Assembly: GCA_903813345.2 (NCBI GenBank) | Contig: CAIIXF020000001.1 | Span: 20,956,001 to 21,020,000, forward strand | Direction: 5' to 3' | Source of the DNA: Owenia fusiformis | Taxonomy: Eukaryota | Length of the DNA: 64,000 bases | In this document: positions 25,885-38,984 of the stretch, one piece after another | Layout of the letters: each line of letters begins with the position of its first letter | Position numbering within the stretch: the stretch's first letter is position 1 | Position numbers and translations under genes: made by a program | The notes under the pieces: generated by a model | The model's input: the letters and a program-made list of their open reading frames with translations, nothing else | What the model was told of the DNA's origin: nothing | The model's database searches: none

Positions 25885-28800
25885 TTAGGTTCCAGGCTCA
25901 AACTTCATGAGAACTTTCAACAATGAGTCAATATCAATAGTATCACCCTTCCTCAGATAGTCCAGTGTGTCGTTGATGGTTCCCTCTGGCAGTTCTAGCT
26001 TGTTTACCATGTTGAACTGTTTCACTATGAATGACACTTGATCATATGGCAGAAGCCCTGAAACATATGTACATACGAGATATACTAGTATATATAATGG
26101 ATATAATACTTCATAAAATTGTGATACACATAAAAGGTAATTAGAAGGGATGGTGTCCAAAGATTTCCTTGTTTTTTGGACATCATCCCTACATAGAAAA
26201 ACGAACTAGTATATCGTGTTTCATATGAACCAAAGAATTGATATCAATAATTTGCTAATGATTACAAAAGGGTAACAATTTGTTACAGACACTATCAACC
26301 AACTGACAAATGTAATCCATTGAATGCAAAATGCTGGTCACAAAAAGAAAATAGCTAAAACACAGAAATGAAGAAAATTGATAAGTTTTTGTTCAAGTTT
26401 CTGTCATTAAAATCTTCATTTGAAGAAAAGGGAATGGAAAAAAGAAAATAAGTAGCCAGAATATTACAGCACCAGTCTTGTTCATTATACATCACGATGT
26501 ATCTGAAGCTAATGACCATTTGGGCCTGGGTGAATCAATACACTTTGGACAATGAAAGATAAAAGAAAAGGCAATAACTTACCATTTCTATCAGTGTCAT
26601 TTCTATAGAGAACATCTGCAAGGTTCTGGAACCTGTCAAACCAGCCCTCACCCTCTGTGGCAGGCTGTGACTGGTTGTGGTGTTCTGGGCCTTGTTGTTG
26701 AAGCTGGTTTGCCCTGGATTTCTACAACACAAAGTACATAAATATGTAAGTGCCAAAATGAGAACAAGGCATTAACATGACAAAATGTCACCACCTAAAA
26801 CAATTTGGTCAATTTAAAGCAAGTTGGAAAATACCTTTTGACCTTGAGAAGGTCATTGAAGGTCAAAGGTCAAATCTAAAGTCAGATTTGAACTTCTGAG
26901 AACTTGTAAAGTCAAATTTGAACTTCTGAAAAGATGTAGATGATTTTGAAAAAAAATTTAGTCAATTTGAAGCAAGTTGAAAACAGACCTTTTTGACCTT
27001 TTTTGACCTTGAGAAGGTCATTAAAGGTCAAATGTCAAATCTAAAGTCAGATTTGAATTTCTGAGAACATGTAGATGATTTTGAAAAAAAAATTAGTCAA
27101 TTTGAAGCAAGTTGAAAAATACATTTTCGACCTTTTTTGACCTTGAGAAGGTCATTGAAGGTCAAATGTCAAATCTAAAGTCATATTTGAATTTCTGAGA
27201 ACATGTAGATGATTTTGAAAAAAAAATTTAGTCAATTTGAAGCAAGATGAAAAAATACCTTTTTGACCTTTTTTGACATTGTGAAGGTCATTGAAGGTCA
27301 AATGTCAAATCTAAAGTCAGATTTGAATTTCTGAGAACATGTAGATGATTTTGAAAAAAAAATTTAGTCAATTTGAAGCAAGTTGAAAAAAAACCTTTTT
27401 GACCTTTTTTGACTTTGAGAAGGTCATTGAAGGTCAAATGTCAAATCTAAAGTCAGATTTGAATTTCTGAGAACATGTAGATGATTTTGAAAAAAAAAAT
27501 TAGTCAATTTGAAGCAAGTTGAAAAAAGACCTTTTTGACCTTTTTTGACTTTGAGAAGGTCATTGAAGGTCAAATGTCAAATCTTAAGTCAAATCTAAAG
27601 TCAGATTTGAATTTCTGAGAACACGTAGATGATTTTTAAAAAAATTTTTAGTCAATTTGAAGCAAGTTGAAAACATACCTTTTTGACCTTTTTTGACCTT
27701 GAGAAGGTCAAATGTCAAATCTTAAGTCAGATTTGAATTTCTGAGAACACGTAGATGATTTTGAAAAAAAAATTTAGTCAATTTGAAGCAAGTTGAAAAC
27801 ATACCTTTTTGACCTTTTTTGACCTTGAGAAGGTCATTGAAGGTCAAATGTCAAATCTAAAGTCAGATTTGAAGGTCAAATGTCAAATCTAAAGTCAGAT
27901 TTGAATTTCTGAGAACATGTAGATGATTTTGAAAAAAAATTTAGTCAATGTGAAGCAAGTTGAAAAAAGACCTTTTTGACCTTGAGAAGGTCATTGAAGG
28001 TCAAATGTCAAATCTAAAGTCAGATTTGAACTTCTGAGAACATGTAGATGATTTAGAAAAAAATTGAAGTCAGTCTAAACAGTATTTGTTAAGTTATAGG
28101 AAGTTGTAAGAAATTGTTACAGACGCCGGACGCCGGACGCCAACCTCCAACCACCAACCACCAACCGCCAACCACCAACCGCCGTCGCAAAAAAAACGGA
28201 GACCATAACAATATGTCACCACTTTTGGTGGTGACATAAAAACCCAAGAGCATTAAAAACACAGCAAGATGTAACTGAAAAGTCTAATGAAAGCAAACCC
28301 ACAATATACCAAAATATGATCTAAACGAAAAAGAAAGAATGTCCAACAAAAACAAACCCCTCTTTCTCGACGATACAATGGACATTTCTTCATTAATACA
28401 ATACTCCTTTTTCCAGATGCACACATCAGAAGCCAAGAATTTGAATGGATAACTTATTGTAGGTTAGTGTTATGTATATTAGGAATGGTAAGCTTTGTTT
28501 ACCTGACTTTCTTCTAACTCACGTATCTGTCTCTGTACTTCATCAATACGGTTCTGTTGCTGTAGTTTACTATCTATGTAGTCCAAGGCATCTGGCCTGG
28601 CAATACGGGGACTGAGGTATGCATTCGGGTCAATCTCTGCAGGAGGGGCGTATTCCATCTATATTGAAACCGTGAATAAAGAATATAAATAACATGAAGC
28701 TTCTTTTGCATTGGGAAGCACACATATACATGTAAGAACAGTTAAACCTCTCTTAGTGAAATGAAAGAGGTGTCTAGTGAACACAGTCTTCAGCACATAC

Positions 28801-31800
28801 TCCATTGATTTCTGTATAAACTGTATCAAATCTCTTCTCTGTCAATGTCTGTACTGAACATCTACCTACAGTGAACACATTTTTGTGGCTGGACAGGCGT
28901 TCACTGTACACAGGTTTTACTGTAAAATAATCCTATTTCATGATTATACTCATAAGTGGTATAAACATAATATGTCTTCTTATAACAGAGAATATCAAGA
29001 AAGAATATTGATTAATCTTTTTGTAATTTTGACATTCCAAGGAAGAAATAACCTCAAAGAATAATTTATAGAACAAAGTGCATGCACATTCTAATGCTAA
29101 TCACATCAATCTTTCTGTCTCGCAAGACAGAGATGACATTGCGTTCATTAAGATTTCAACATTCTCACCTGTTTTGTTGTAGTGTATTTATCTGGCTGTG
29201 TTTCCTGTGCTTTTGGCTGCCTGTCTCTAGGGGAGGAGTCACCCAGGGGCCAGTTTGCTGAGGGGGCAGGGTAATGCTTCACATACTCTGTGGGCCTCTT
29301 GCTAGGGGGAATCCTCAAACCAGTCTCTTGAGGTTGAACACGTTCTAAGAACTTCAAAAACTGCTCCCAGCTGCAAAAATCAAATAGTTCAGGTCATTAC
29401 GAAACAAATTTTCTTATTTTAAAGCTCACTGCTCTGGGCTGGCAATGCACAAATAAAATTTAAAGGAAGGACTTTTCAATAAACTACATAAAATTTCATC
29501 ACAGATTTATACAAAGTCTAACTGCAATGCTCTTGTGGTTTCATTTTACTGGTAGGCCTAATTCCATTCATTCCTTAATAATCTCTTTTACCAATATTAA
29601 CCCACAAACTCACAAACAAAATGTTTGATTGCTTTGATGCATTATAAAGCATGCAGAAAGAGACTGCAATTTTGCTTCTTGGTTCATACACCAGTGAATA
29701 CAAGTTTTGGTAAATCTGAAAACACTAGACTATTAAATCAGTGAACATGTGATCACTAATTTGTGAAACTGAGTTCTATGAAAATAATGTAAAACATATT
29801 GTGATTTTTAATTTTTAGTAAACATGCATGCGTACTAATTACTTCCTAAATACTTAGGTGATAATTCAATAAATGTTGCAATCTGGACAAAACAATAAGT
29901 AACTGAACACTATCAACTTATAAACACACAACTCTATAACTTTACTTATAAATGAACACTTACTCATACTGTTTCTGCTGTCTGTTGAACAATATATCAA
30001 TAGATCTGTATGATCGAAATAACTTCAACTAATTAAAGGTAGAATCAAGAGAAAGCAAGCAAACTTGAGGAAAACAGAGTCTTGTTTAGTTTATTTTTGT
30101 CTCATATCATTTCTTGTCATCCCTTGTAAAAAACAAACTTGGCTATTTACATCTATTATTTTGGCCTAAAAGCTTGTTCAGTTTCATACAGAGCATTATT
30201 AGATTTCCACATTTCAAATCAACTTCAATTACAATCTCTATTTGATAATATACATGCACCATGATATACCATGACATCTCATTTCTTCTCAGCCCTGAGA
30301 TGCCATGATATAATAAGCTTGATTTGGCGATCCAAGAGAGCCCAAAATTGAGGATTTTTGAGATCTCTCATCCCAGCTCATATTTCATTTAATTGGGGTC
30401 ATTAAACTTGTGTACGCGTACCTGTGCTAATATCTGCTGTTAAATACAATGCTTATTATGTAATGTATTGACATTAGGTAAATGATTACATGATAACTAT
30501 CACACTTATTGACAGTTATAACTCTTCCCATATGATGGGCTCAGATCACAGAATATGCCTCATAATATCAGAGCATGTTTCAGGTGAAACAGAAAGATGC
30601 TATGAGTATCAGAATGATATACATGCAGTTTATGATCTTTTTGAGATATTATATTGGGAAATTGTAGGGAATAGGTCGCATTTGTTGGGAAATCAAAAAT
30701 GCTGCTAGAAATATTGCCATCCAACATACTTGTACACTGTCAAATTAGCAAATAAAATAAGAAAAATTGAATAATAATATAATAAATAAACAATAAAAAA
30801 ATCCAAAAAATCTTGAGTGATTGATTGGAACCTTACATTATGTTTAACAGAGGTTCACATGCCTCCCTCCATTAGGAGTACAGTACATTGACAATGCTCA
30901 ATAAGACAATAAACTTACTCATATTGGCCTTGTCCTCTATCATCCACATGGTCCAGGATTTTATTGATGATTGACTCTTGAAGAGGAAGCCTATGGAAGC
31001 GACATATTTCCTTAATCTGGAATTAATTTTAATCAAAATAAACATTGTAACTCAACTTAGACGATTTGGTCTGATATTCTTGTGATTTAGCCTCTTACTC
31101 AGTTGAAATGGATTGGCACTTTCTGTATTTATCTAAATGACTAAACATTATAATATTCCACAGTACAGTCAAACCTGTAGAGTGGAATACCTACAGAAGT
31201 GGAACACCAGCTCTGTTAGAGGATCATTTTTCAGAGTCCCAAGACCTACTGACTTCATGTTAAATGGACCTCTATAAGTGGAACACCTCTCAAGTGGAAC
31301 ACTTTTTAGAGGTAACAAAGGTACAAGACAGGTTTAACTGTATATTTAAATGTCTGTATGGTGAAGCAGATAAATGATGATGCTTCAGAATAAAGTTTAC
31401 TGTTCAACTTACAGACTGGTGTTGCACTTTTACAAGTTTTACTTTACAGGGATAGGAAATTGCTTTACTTACCTGCATTTCTGAGAGAGTACCTCTGTGG
31501 TACTTATCTGTCAATTGGAACGTGAGTCTGACTCTGTCCAGCCTTATTTCATCATCACTGTTCATGAGACATTGTTCTATCATCTTCAGCAGCTTCACAT
31601 CCTCACGCTGTACCTTGAAGGCACCTAAATGAGGGGGGCTGCAACAGAAAATAACAGTAGAAACACTCTGAGTATTACATAGGAGTTTTAAGTTTTCATA
31701 CTGAAAAAAACTAGTCTTTAATGTACATTCTTTATAGCCCTTGTGAAATAAACGATGTGAAATGATTAATAACGATAAAATATTATCAACTGAACTTCAT

Positions 31801-34463
31801 AGACAAAGTTGAACTCTAGTAAAGTGTAGTGTATAACCAAGCTTAAATATACAATGTACATGTATTCAATTTTCAATGCATTCTCCAAAAGGAGACGCTG
31901 CACATAACTCACCTTGCACCATCCGCCTGTGTTATAGGGTTGCTGTAATAGTTGCCACTCTGTTGACTTGACCCTCTCCTGTAGTTGGGCTGTGCATTCT
32001 CTGTGATGTCACGCTCGACCTTTCGCTCTGGGTCAAACCCATAGGGTGGTAGCACAATCTTTGAATCACTTTAAAGGGAGACAATGTGTTAAGATTCAAT
32101 ATTTCATTATGAATATTTTTTCAAAATGTATAAACAAAGTAGGCTTATATTCCAGTTCAGAATACTTATAAATTAGGCTTTTTCAAAACTAATCTGCAAC
32201 TTAAAGGATTTTCAACCTCTATATTAACACTCAATGAATATTATATCATTGGGCAAAATGTAATTTTTTATACAATCAACAAATCATCACGTGAATGTCT
32301 AATAATACTGACAACATATTTTTCTTAATATTAGATTGATATTTACCCTCTCTTGGGGTCAACATGTGAAGTTTCCTCTGTGGATCTCTTCATTGCTGCA
32401 CTCATAAATGCCAAGATTTTCTCATAGTTGACCATATTTGGGTTCATATCAGAGATAAATTGTGCACACATCAATCTAAGGCTTTCTGGCTGCACATATG
32501 CCTGGAATGCATGGAAGAGTTAAATTTTTAGGATTTAAAAAATTCAAAATAAATATTTGCTTATAGTAGACTATGTTGTTATCTATTCCACCTTACTGCA
32601 TTCAAGGATCGTATTAATCTATTCCTTTTTATCCCACCTGTAGTATAATTCCCTCTTTGTTAAACTACAAACAAGTAAAGATCAACTCTTTGATACAAAG
32701 TGAAATGTAATAAAGTTACAACATTTTGCCATCTATGAAATGAGTTTATATTCATCTGATGCAACTTCTGAAAGGAGTGGAGATTATAACATAGCAGCCG
32801 GATTACATGCAGAGTCACTAATAATATCAAATCTTATATCTATCATAAAAATGTGCAATGCACATTAATATGACACAAAAGCAAATGAGGCATTGATATT
32901 ACAAAATTTTGATAAAACATACCTGACTTTTAATCAATGTGAAGCACAAATCCTTGTAAGTAATATATCCACTCAAATCTTTATCAAATCCTGAGAAGTC
33001 AATATACATGTCCTTTAACTTTCTTGGATCAAATGACTCTAAATCTTTTTTAATCCTTTGCAAGAGTTCCAATTCATCTTGTTTACTCAGAGCTATTGAC
33101 TTAGAAGGTAGTTGATCTGCGCCCAGTAGATTCCTATCATATAGTTCATCTTTGGTGTGATCATTTTCATTTATATTATTGCTGGTTTGCCTTGGCTGGG
33201 TGTTGTGTGTATCTGGGCTAGGGATGGGGGGCAAAGGGGAGTAGGGGTTTATATTTTTTGGCATGGGAGACTCCCCTCCTGCTTGGCTTTCCTGAAAGTA
33301 TAAAGGAATACATATGAGTAAGCCTAGAGACCTGAATGATATTTCAATGTTGTTCCAAAGTTATTACATGTACACTATACTTACATTTTAGATTGCCCCT
33401 CCCCCCTTCTTCCAAAGAATCAATTTAATATACAAATTTAAAGTCACTTCCTTTTTAAAATGGACTATGTCTTTGGATGAACATTGATATATTGATCTTG
33501 TACTGAATGATTTTTAATATAGGCCTACAGGAAAATGGCACCATTCGGAAACTGGAACAAATTGGATAAATTACAAACATGGAACCCTGTAACATAGATA
33601 TGACCACTCATACAAATTGTTTACATGACAGGACAAACTGACTGATTCTAAAAAACCATTTTACAAAATAATAAGAATTCAATGACTTTAAGATAAGGGG
33701 TAATCTCAAAACATACCTGTATGCTATATGACCTCTTCTGGGGATCATCAAAAGGATTAGGGTCATACCTTTTCTTTTGAGAGGTCCCCTGGGGAGACCC
33801 TGGGGACCCACTTAAGGGACTTAGTTCAGCAGCATCTTTTAATTGTTGTCTCCTGGAATAGAATGATTCCTTAATGTTGATGCTAAAATACCCAAAATTA
33901 AAAATTGATCGTCTATCAATCATGTAAGAACTGATTGCTACTTCAGGGTAATTATCTATTTTAATATTGAGTCTTATTGTATTTAACACTGAAAACACAC
34001 TGGTTACCTTTGCTTCTCTGGGAAAGTCTCTGGCACTAAGACCTTTTTACCACCAATAATTTTGACTCGAACATTGGTTGGGGTGTCTGTAGTTCCAAAA
34101 GGTGCATTCTTAGCTACAAAATGATCTTCTATTAGATGGTCATTGATGTCTCTAATCTCCTGAAAATTCAGATACACAATAAAAATGGTGATAATTTAGC
34201 AGTGGATGAGCATAATATATGAACTTGTAGCATAACATCTGTGAAATGATTAGAAATTGTTTCTCATTGAGGCTCTGGGTGGCAGCTGGACACAATCTGT
34301 AGATTCATAATTTAGTGGCAGGACACAAATTGTAGTTTCATATTTGATGTACAATATTAGATCAAAATGTAATAAAATAAGAACAATCCTTATAGACTAT
34401 TAGTATATAATGCTTGAAATCTTCATTGCAATATATACCCACCCTTGGTCCTGATTTTGGCAT
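25885..34463 (-). CDS. C1orf87: C1orf87-like EF-hand-containing protein, ~12 coding exons (34443-34463, 34008-34159, 33717-33852, 32923-33291, 32347-32501, 31913-32068, 31473-31638, 30919-31016, 29169-29370, 28503-28658, 26583-26721, 25885-26057)
   Basis: GT-AG junctions; motifs PFGTTDTPTNVRVKIIGGK, LRLMCAQFISDMNPNMVNYEKILAFM, WEQFLKFLER and EGWFDRFQNLADVLYRNDTD resemble remembered C1orf87 segments (VKIIGSK, MVNYEKLLWFL, WIDRFRKLENALY); probable non-coding first exon with donor near 35685. Confidence 0.8.
26763..28240 (-). mobile_element. Helentron-associated non-autonomous element (HINE) carrying a ~135-bp satellite array of about 9 copies
   Basis: Hairpin atgtcaccac-ttttg-gtggtgacat and (ACC/GCC)-rich microsatellite at 28120-28240; sub-TIR tgtcaccac near 26787; monomer marker gtagatgattttgaaaaa recurs at ~26936, 27071, 27205, 27341, 27477, 27626, 27751, 27919, 28044. 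Confidence 0.8.
28739..28922. mobile_element. pogo/Tigger-type MITE (degenerate)
   Basis: CAGTTAAACCT...AGGTTTTACTG termini followed by TA. Confidence 0.5.
31166..31340. mobile_element. pogo/Tigger-type MITE
   Basis: TA|CAGTCAAACCTGT ... ACAGGTTTAACTG|TA; internal repeated gtggaacacc. Confidence 0.7.
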
Positions 34464-36679
34464 AGTGTGTTAGTAGAAGTGATGTAAAATCATTGCAACC
34501 CCCAGTACATTCACCGTATTGTATTTTGCATTCAGTTGTTAATTAGGCCTGTCTGCTTTTCTCTCATCTTCTGTTTATGGTTGCTGAAATCCTTAAATTT
34601 AAAGCAATTTTTTCATTGATTCAGTTTAGAAAAACTTCCTGCTAAAGACAAAATTGTATGCACTGTCCAATTAGTAACTTGGCAAATAAGCAGAAATACT
34701 GTTATATGAAAGTCAAAACAATAGGCTACTGCAGATAGGGCTGAAACCAATTCTCATACCGAGTATTCGGCCAGCTAATACTGTTCTTCTTTGAATATTT
34801 GCTCTAAAACTGGATGTAAATAATTATGATTTATTAGCAATGCCAAGTTTAAACAGATTTGAACAATCAAAGATCAGCAGATCTTAGGCAATATATCGCA
34901 TATACTGTACTTATGGGCTCTAGTGGAATGGATACTGGAAGACTCTAGCAGTATGTGATTACATAATCTACAGTATATATGAGTTGGCTTATGAGTTTAA
35001 TGTTCTAAATACAACGGTTTTATAGAAGCGGGAAAGAGTGTGAATCAAAATAATTCTAGTTACATGCGCAATGGTCAATGTATTTTTGAATAACCCAAAC
35101 TGAACTGTCTATCACTGGAGAATTTCACACACCTGATACCAAAAATACTAATAGAGAATTTGGAAAGCATGCAAGGAATAATAACGGAAGACTGTATTAT
35201 TTGCCCCCCCCCCCCCCCTTATTTGACTGCTATAAAGTTGTTGTCGGTGTCATTGCACAGGCCCGTAACCTAAAGCGACTCCACCCCCCAGCCAAAAATT
35301 CTTTCAAAATTATGCGGTTTTTCAACATTTTGAGCACTTTTTGCATGATTTTTTGCCAAAACTTTCAAAAAGCTCTCCATCTCTCCCGGCCTTGGCAAAA
35401 GCTCCCCCTTGGTAAAACTGCCCCCTCCCAGGTCGATAAATCTAGTTGACGAGAAGTCAGTCTGAATATATTCAGCCTAAATAGGATATAGTCTAGGTAC
35501 ATTCTGGCTACGGGCCTGTTGAATCTGCATCAGTGCATGACCTTTTTCGAAAAAAAATAAAATTTGGAAATTCAAACGTAGGATTGGCGATTCAGCTTCT
35601 GTTTTGGGCTAAACAAGATTACTTTCATTGCAGCATATTAAAACACATCCCGAGGTCATATGCTAAAACGAAAATATACACTTACATACTTTGAATTATC
35701 TAATTACGAGAAAAAGCGAAATTCCCACTGTTTTTATGTTGCCTGACGATTCAATATCCGGGTAGTTCCTTTTCTGCCATCTATTGGGGAAAATACAAAT
35801 TTGTAGGGACCTGTCATTTTCTTCAAATTTTCTAAAAACTTATGTGACGGGTCTGAAAATTCAAAAAGGGTGAAAATATGTTTTATTCTCAATATATCAC
35901 GCCCGGTAATCGAAGAAAATGAACGGAGACAGCATAAGTTCCCACACGTTAAACCGAAGTTAATTAAAATAACGGAGGGGACACGAGGGGAGTGAACGGA
36001 GGGGGAGGTAGGTTAATATAAATATGTCTTAAAGGTGGAAAAAATTTACGCGAAATTCGTGTATTTGAAAAATGAACTCAGTAACAACTGGGTGTTACAA
36101 CTCTGAAAAGTGAACAACAGGGACCTTTGGAGTTGTTTGGATAAAGTCAACTTACATAGCTTATCCGCTGTGTGAAGGGAATGATTTTCAATGCCAGTAA
36201 ATTTTCAAGTACGAATCAAAATTTAATTAGAAAGACGACTATTTACAATAGAGCCCCGGCCCAATAAAAAAAATTCATGCTCGTGGGAACTTACGTTTTA
36301 AACAGTATACGTCGCGAGGGTGATACACCTGTGTGTAAAACCGGCGTGTGCTTTGGGAGCTTAATGAGAATGAGACTGTTAAACATTTTTTACTCACTAA
36401 TATCCAGCTTTTTCTGAAGTAAGGGTTCCGATTAACATTGTATTTGTAACAAGCATCTTTAATGTTCAAGATGACAATTTAATTCTCAAGTCAATACTAG
36501 GTATCGTGTGTTGTGATTATAAGAAGCTATTAGAAATATCACAGTGCGCTTATATAATGCACAAGCTGATCAAATCATTACTCTTAATAATTTTGTGATC
36601 CTTTCCACTCATTAATCATTTTATTTAAAATATGGATGTAACTCTCTTTACAGAGGCAAATAAAGTATACATACATAAT

Positions 36680-38319
36680 AGTAGTATACGGCGGGCCTTT
36701 CGACCTACAACCTGCACCTGCACCATACACCATGGTGCACCGGAAGTGCACCGGAAGTGACGTCATAGATCACATTGTAAGATGGTGCACCGGAAGTGAC
36801 TGCACCGGAAGTGGAAGTGACGACATAGGTCACATGGTTACTGATATAACTGGTCAAGGTTACTGATAAGAGAGAGATAATAAACTGATATCACACTGAA
36901 AAAGATGGTCAAAGGTTACTGATAATTGATAAGAGAGAGGTAATAAACTGATAAGACAGTGAAAAAGATGGCCAAAGGTTACTGATAATTGATAAGAGAG
37001 AGATAATAAACTGATAAGACAGTGAAAAGATAACTACCATGGTTTCTGATATAACTGGACAAAGGTTATATTGATAAAAGAACATAGGTTTGAGTTGAAT
37101 GCACAGAAATGATGTCATACGTCACATGGTTACTGATATAACTGGTCAAAGGTTACTGTTAACTGATAAGAGGGAGCTCAATTGATAAGATAATCAAACA
37201 AACACTGTTAAGGTAACCTGGTGACTATGTGATAAGCTATCTATCCACTTCATGGATGTTTCATGGTTATAGACCAAAGGTGGATAACAAACTGATTAAA
37301 CAGTAAAAAAGATAACTGCAGAACCATTTCAGCCAAACAGATTTTAACTTGCAGAATTATGTTAACCAATCAGAGTACAGTATATTTGAATCAATCAGGT
37401 TTCGAGATGCAGAATCATTTTAACCAATCAGGAAACAGTATGTATGGACTGTTTGAACCAATCGGGGGACAGTATATTTTCATCCAATCAGAAAACAGCA
37501 AAATCAACCAATGAGAGAAATGTTCCAACAATCAGATTATGACTTGCAGAATTATTTTAACCAAACATAGTACATTATGGTAGAAATTTGACAAATTAGA
37601 GATATGTTCCACCACTAAACCAGTTCAGACCCGTATCAAAGTATCAAAATTATAAATGCCAGTTCAGACCCGTATTGAAGTTTTATAACCAAAAAGTCTC
37701 CTGAGTTATTTAAGAATATTTTTTAAATTGTCATTGTTGATCAATTTCTGCTTATTTTTTCACCAAACAGTCACTTGTTTCTTATTTCCGAGTCATTTTA
37801 GAATATTTTTCCAATCTTCACGCTTGAGTAATTTTTGCTTATTTCTTGAGTTTGAGGTATTTAATCACCAAATGGACACTGTATTCTTACTCCCGATACA
37901 TTTAAGAGCATTTTTACAATTTTTACGCTTGAGTGATTTTTGGTGATTCCTGGAGTTTGAGGCATTCTTTTACCAAATGATCACTTGATTCTTACTCCTG
38001 GGTCATTTTAAAGTATTTTTTAAGTGTCACGTTTGGGCGATTTCAGTAACTGTTGATCGATTTCTGCTAATTTTTGGAGTTTAAGGCATTTTCACAAAAT
38101 AGACACCCACCCACTATACAAAATAACACCCTTTAATAGGCATCTGTTAATTTAACATGCCACTGATAAAAATATAAACCCCTACAAAATAAATAAAAAA
38201 TGCTAACGTTAACAGTTTTACAGCAGAACATTTTCGACCAATCAAAGTGTATATGCAAATGAGCTGCAGAAGCATTTCAATCAATCAGATCAGATTTTTG
38301 CACTCTTTGACCCCACCGC

Positions 38320-38370
<51 letters not shown>

Positions 38371-38379
38371 CGCCGCCAC
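36680..38379 (+). repeat. Left terminal inverted repeat (~1.7 kb), ending in a (CCG/CCA)n microsatellite at 38312-38379
   Basis: Reverse complement of 40523-42256 with only a few substitutions and a 3-bp indel seen outside the microsatellite; mirrored ORFs 36909/41815 and 37728/40987 are identical. Confidence 0.95.
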
Positions 38380-38489
38380 TATCAACAACAACCCAACAAT
38401 AACAGTAAAATGCATTTTAGTGCTTTAGTTGTTTATTTAATATACATATTGTCATTTATACAAATTATTTCATAGTCCATTGTTAATGA

Positions 38490-38885
38490 TCACTGTCTGC
38501 GTTGGCGTTTTCCAGGTGGGCCAGAATAAACCATAACATCCCTCTTTTTCTTAGGTTTCTTAAAAAGTCTATTCATCACATTTCCATTATAGGTGTGGTC
38601 AAAGGAATCATTGTCACTCATTTGTCTGTAAACTCTCTTTGATGGCCGATCCCGTTCAGCCATTTCTTTCTGCTGCTTGTCAATTTCTGCCTTTGCTCTC
38701 TGATAAACAGCTTCAGTGGGACTGACGTGTTGAACAATTGGTTCGCGGACTGATGACACTGGTATCCCCTTGAGTTTTCCTCGCTTACCATAACCAGCAT
38801 GTTCGATGACTCTGCTTTCTACCTGGGCTCGTATAAACTTCTTCCACACTTCTGGGTCATCCACATAAGGCACTATCTTAGGCAT
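38490..38885 (-). CDS. Small basic Maverick protein (131 aa from MPKIVPY), possible core/DNA-binding protein
   Basis: Intact ORF; TATAAA at 38939-38944 and gcaacaATG context favour the ATG at 38885; KKPKKKR and KRQRR NLS-like tail; AATAAA at 38432-38437. Confidence 0.75.
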   Translation of the reverse strand: MPKIVPYVDDPEVWKKFIRAQVESRVIEHAGYGKRGKLKGIPVSSVREPIVQHVSPTEAVYQRAKAEIDKQQKEMAERDRPSKRVYRQMSDNDSFDHTYNGNVMNRLFKKPKKKRDVMVYSGPPGKRQRRQ

Positions 38886-38984
38886 TGTTGCTTCCTCCGT
38901 TTCTCTCAAACTTCTGATGCCCATGACTAAGGTTTCTCTTTATATTCTCATCGTAGTGACGAAAAGGGTCTACCAAACGTTCAT

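Noticed and set aside
35258-35518. hAT-like MITE (CAGGCCCGTA...TACGGGCCTG)
   Set aside because: Short TIR present but no 8-bp TSD found; too degenerate to classify.
35733-35817. Short ATG-initiated ORFs upstream of the C1orf87-like gene as the true start
   Set aside because: They terminate before the donor at ~35685; the in-frame start is better placed at 34463.
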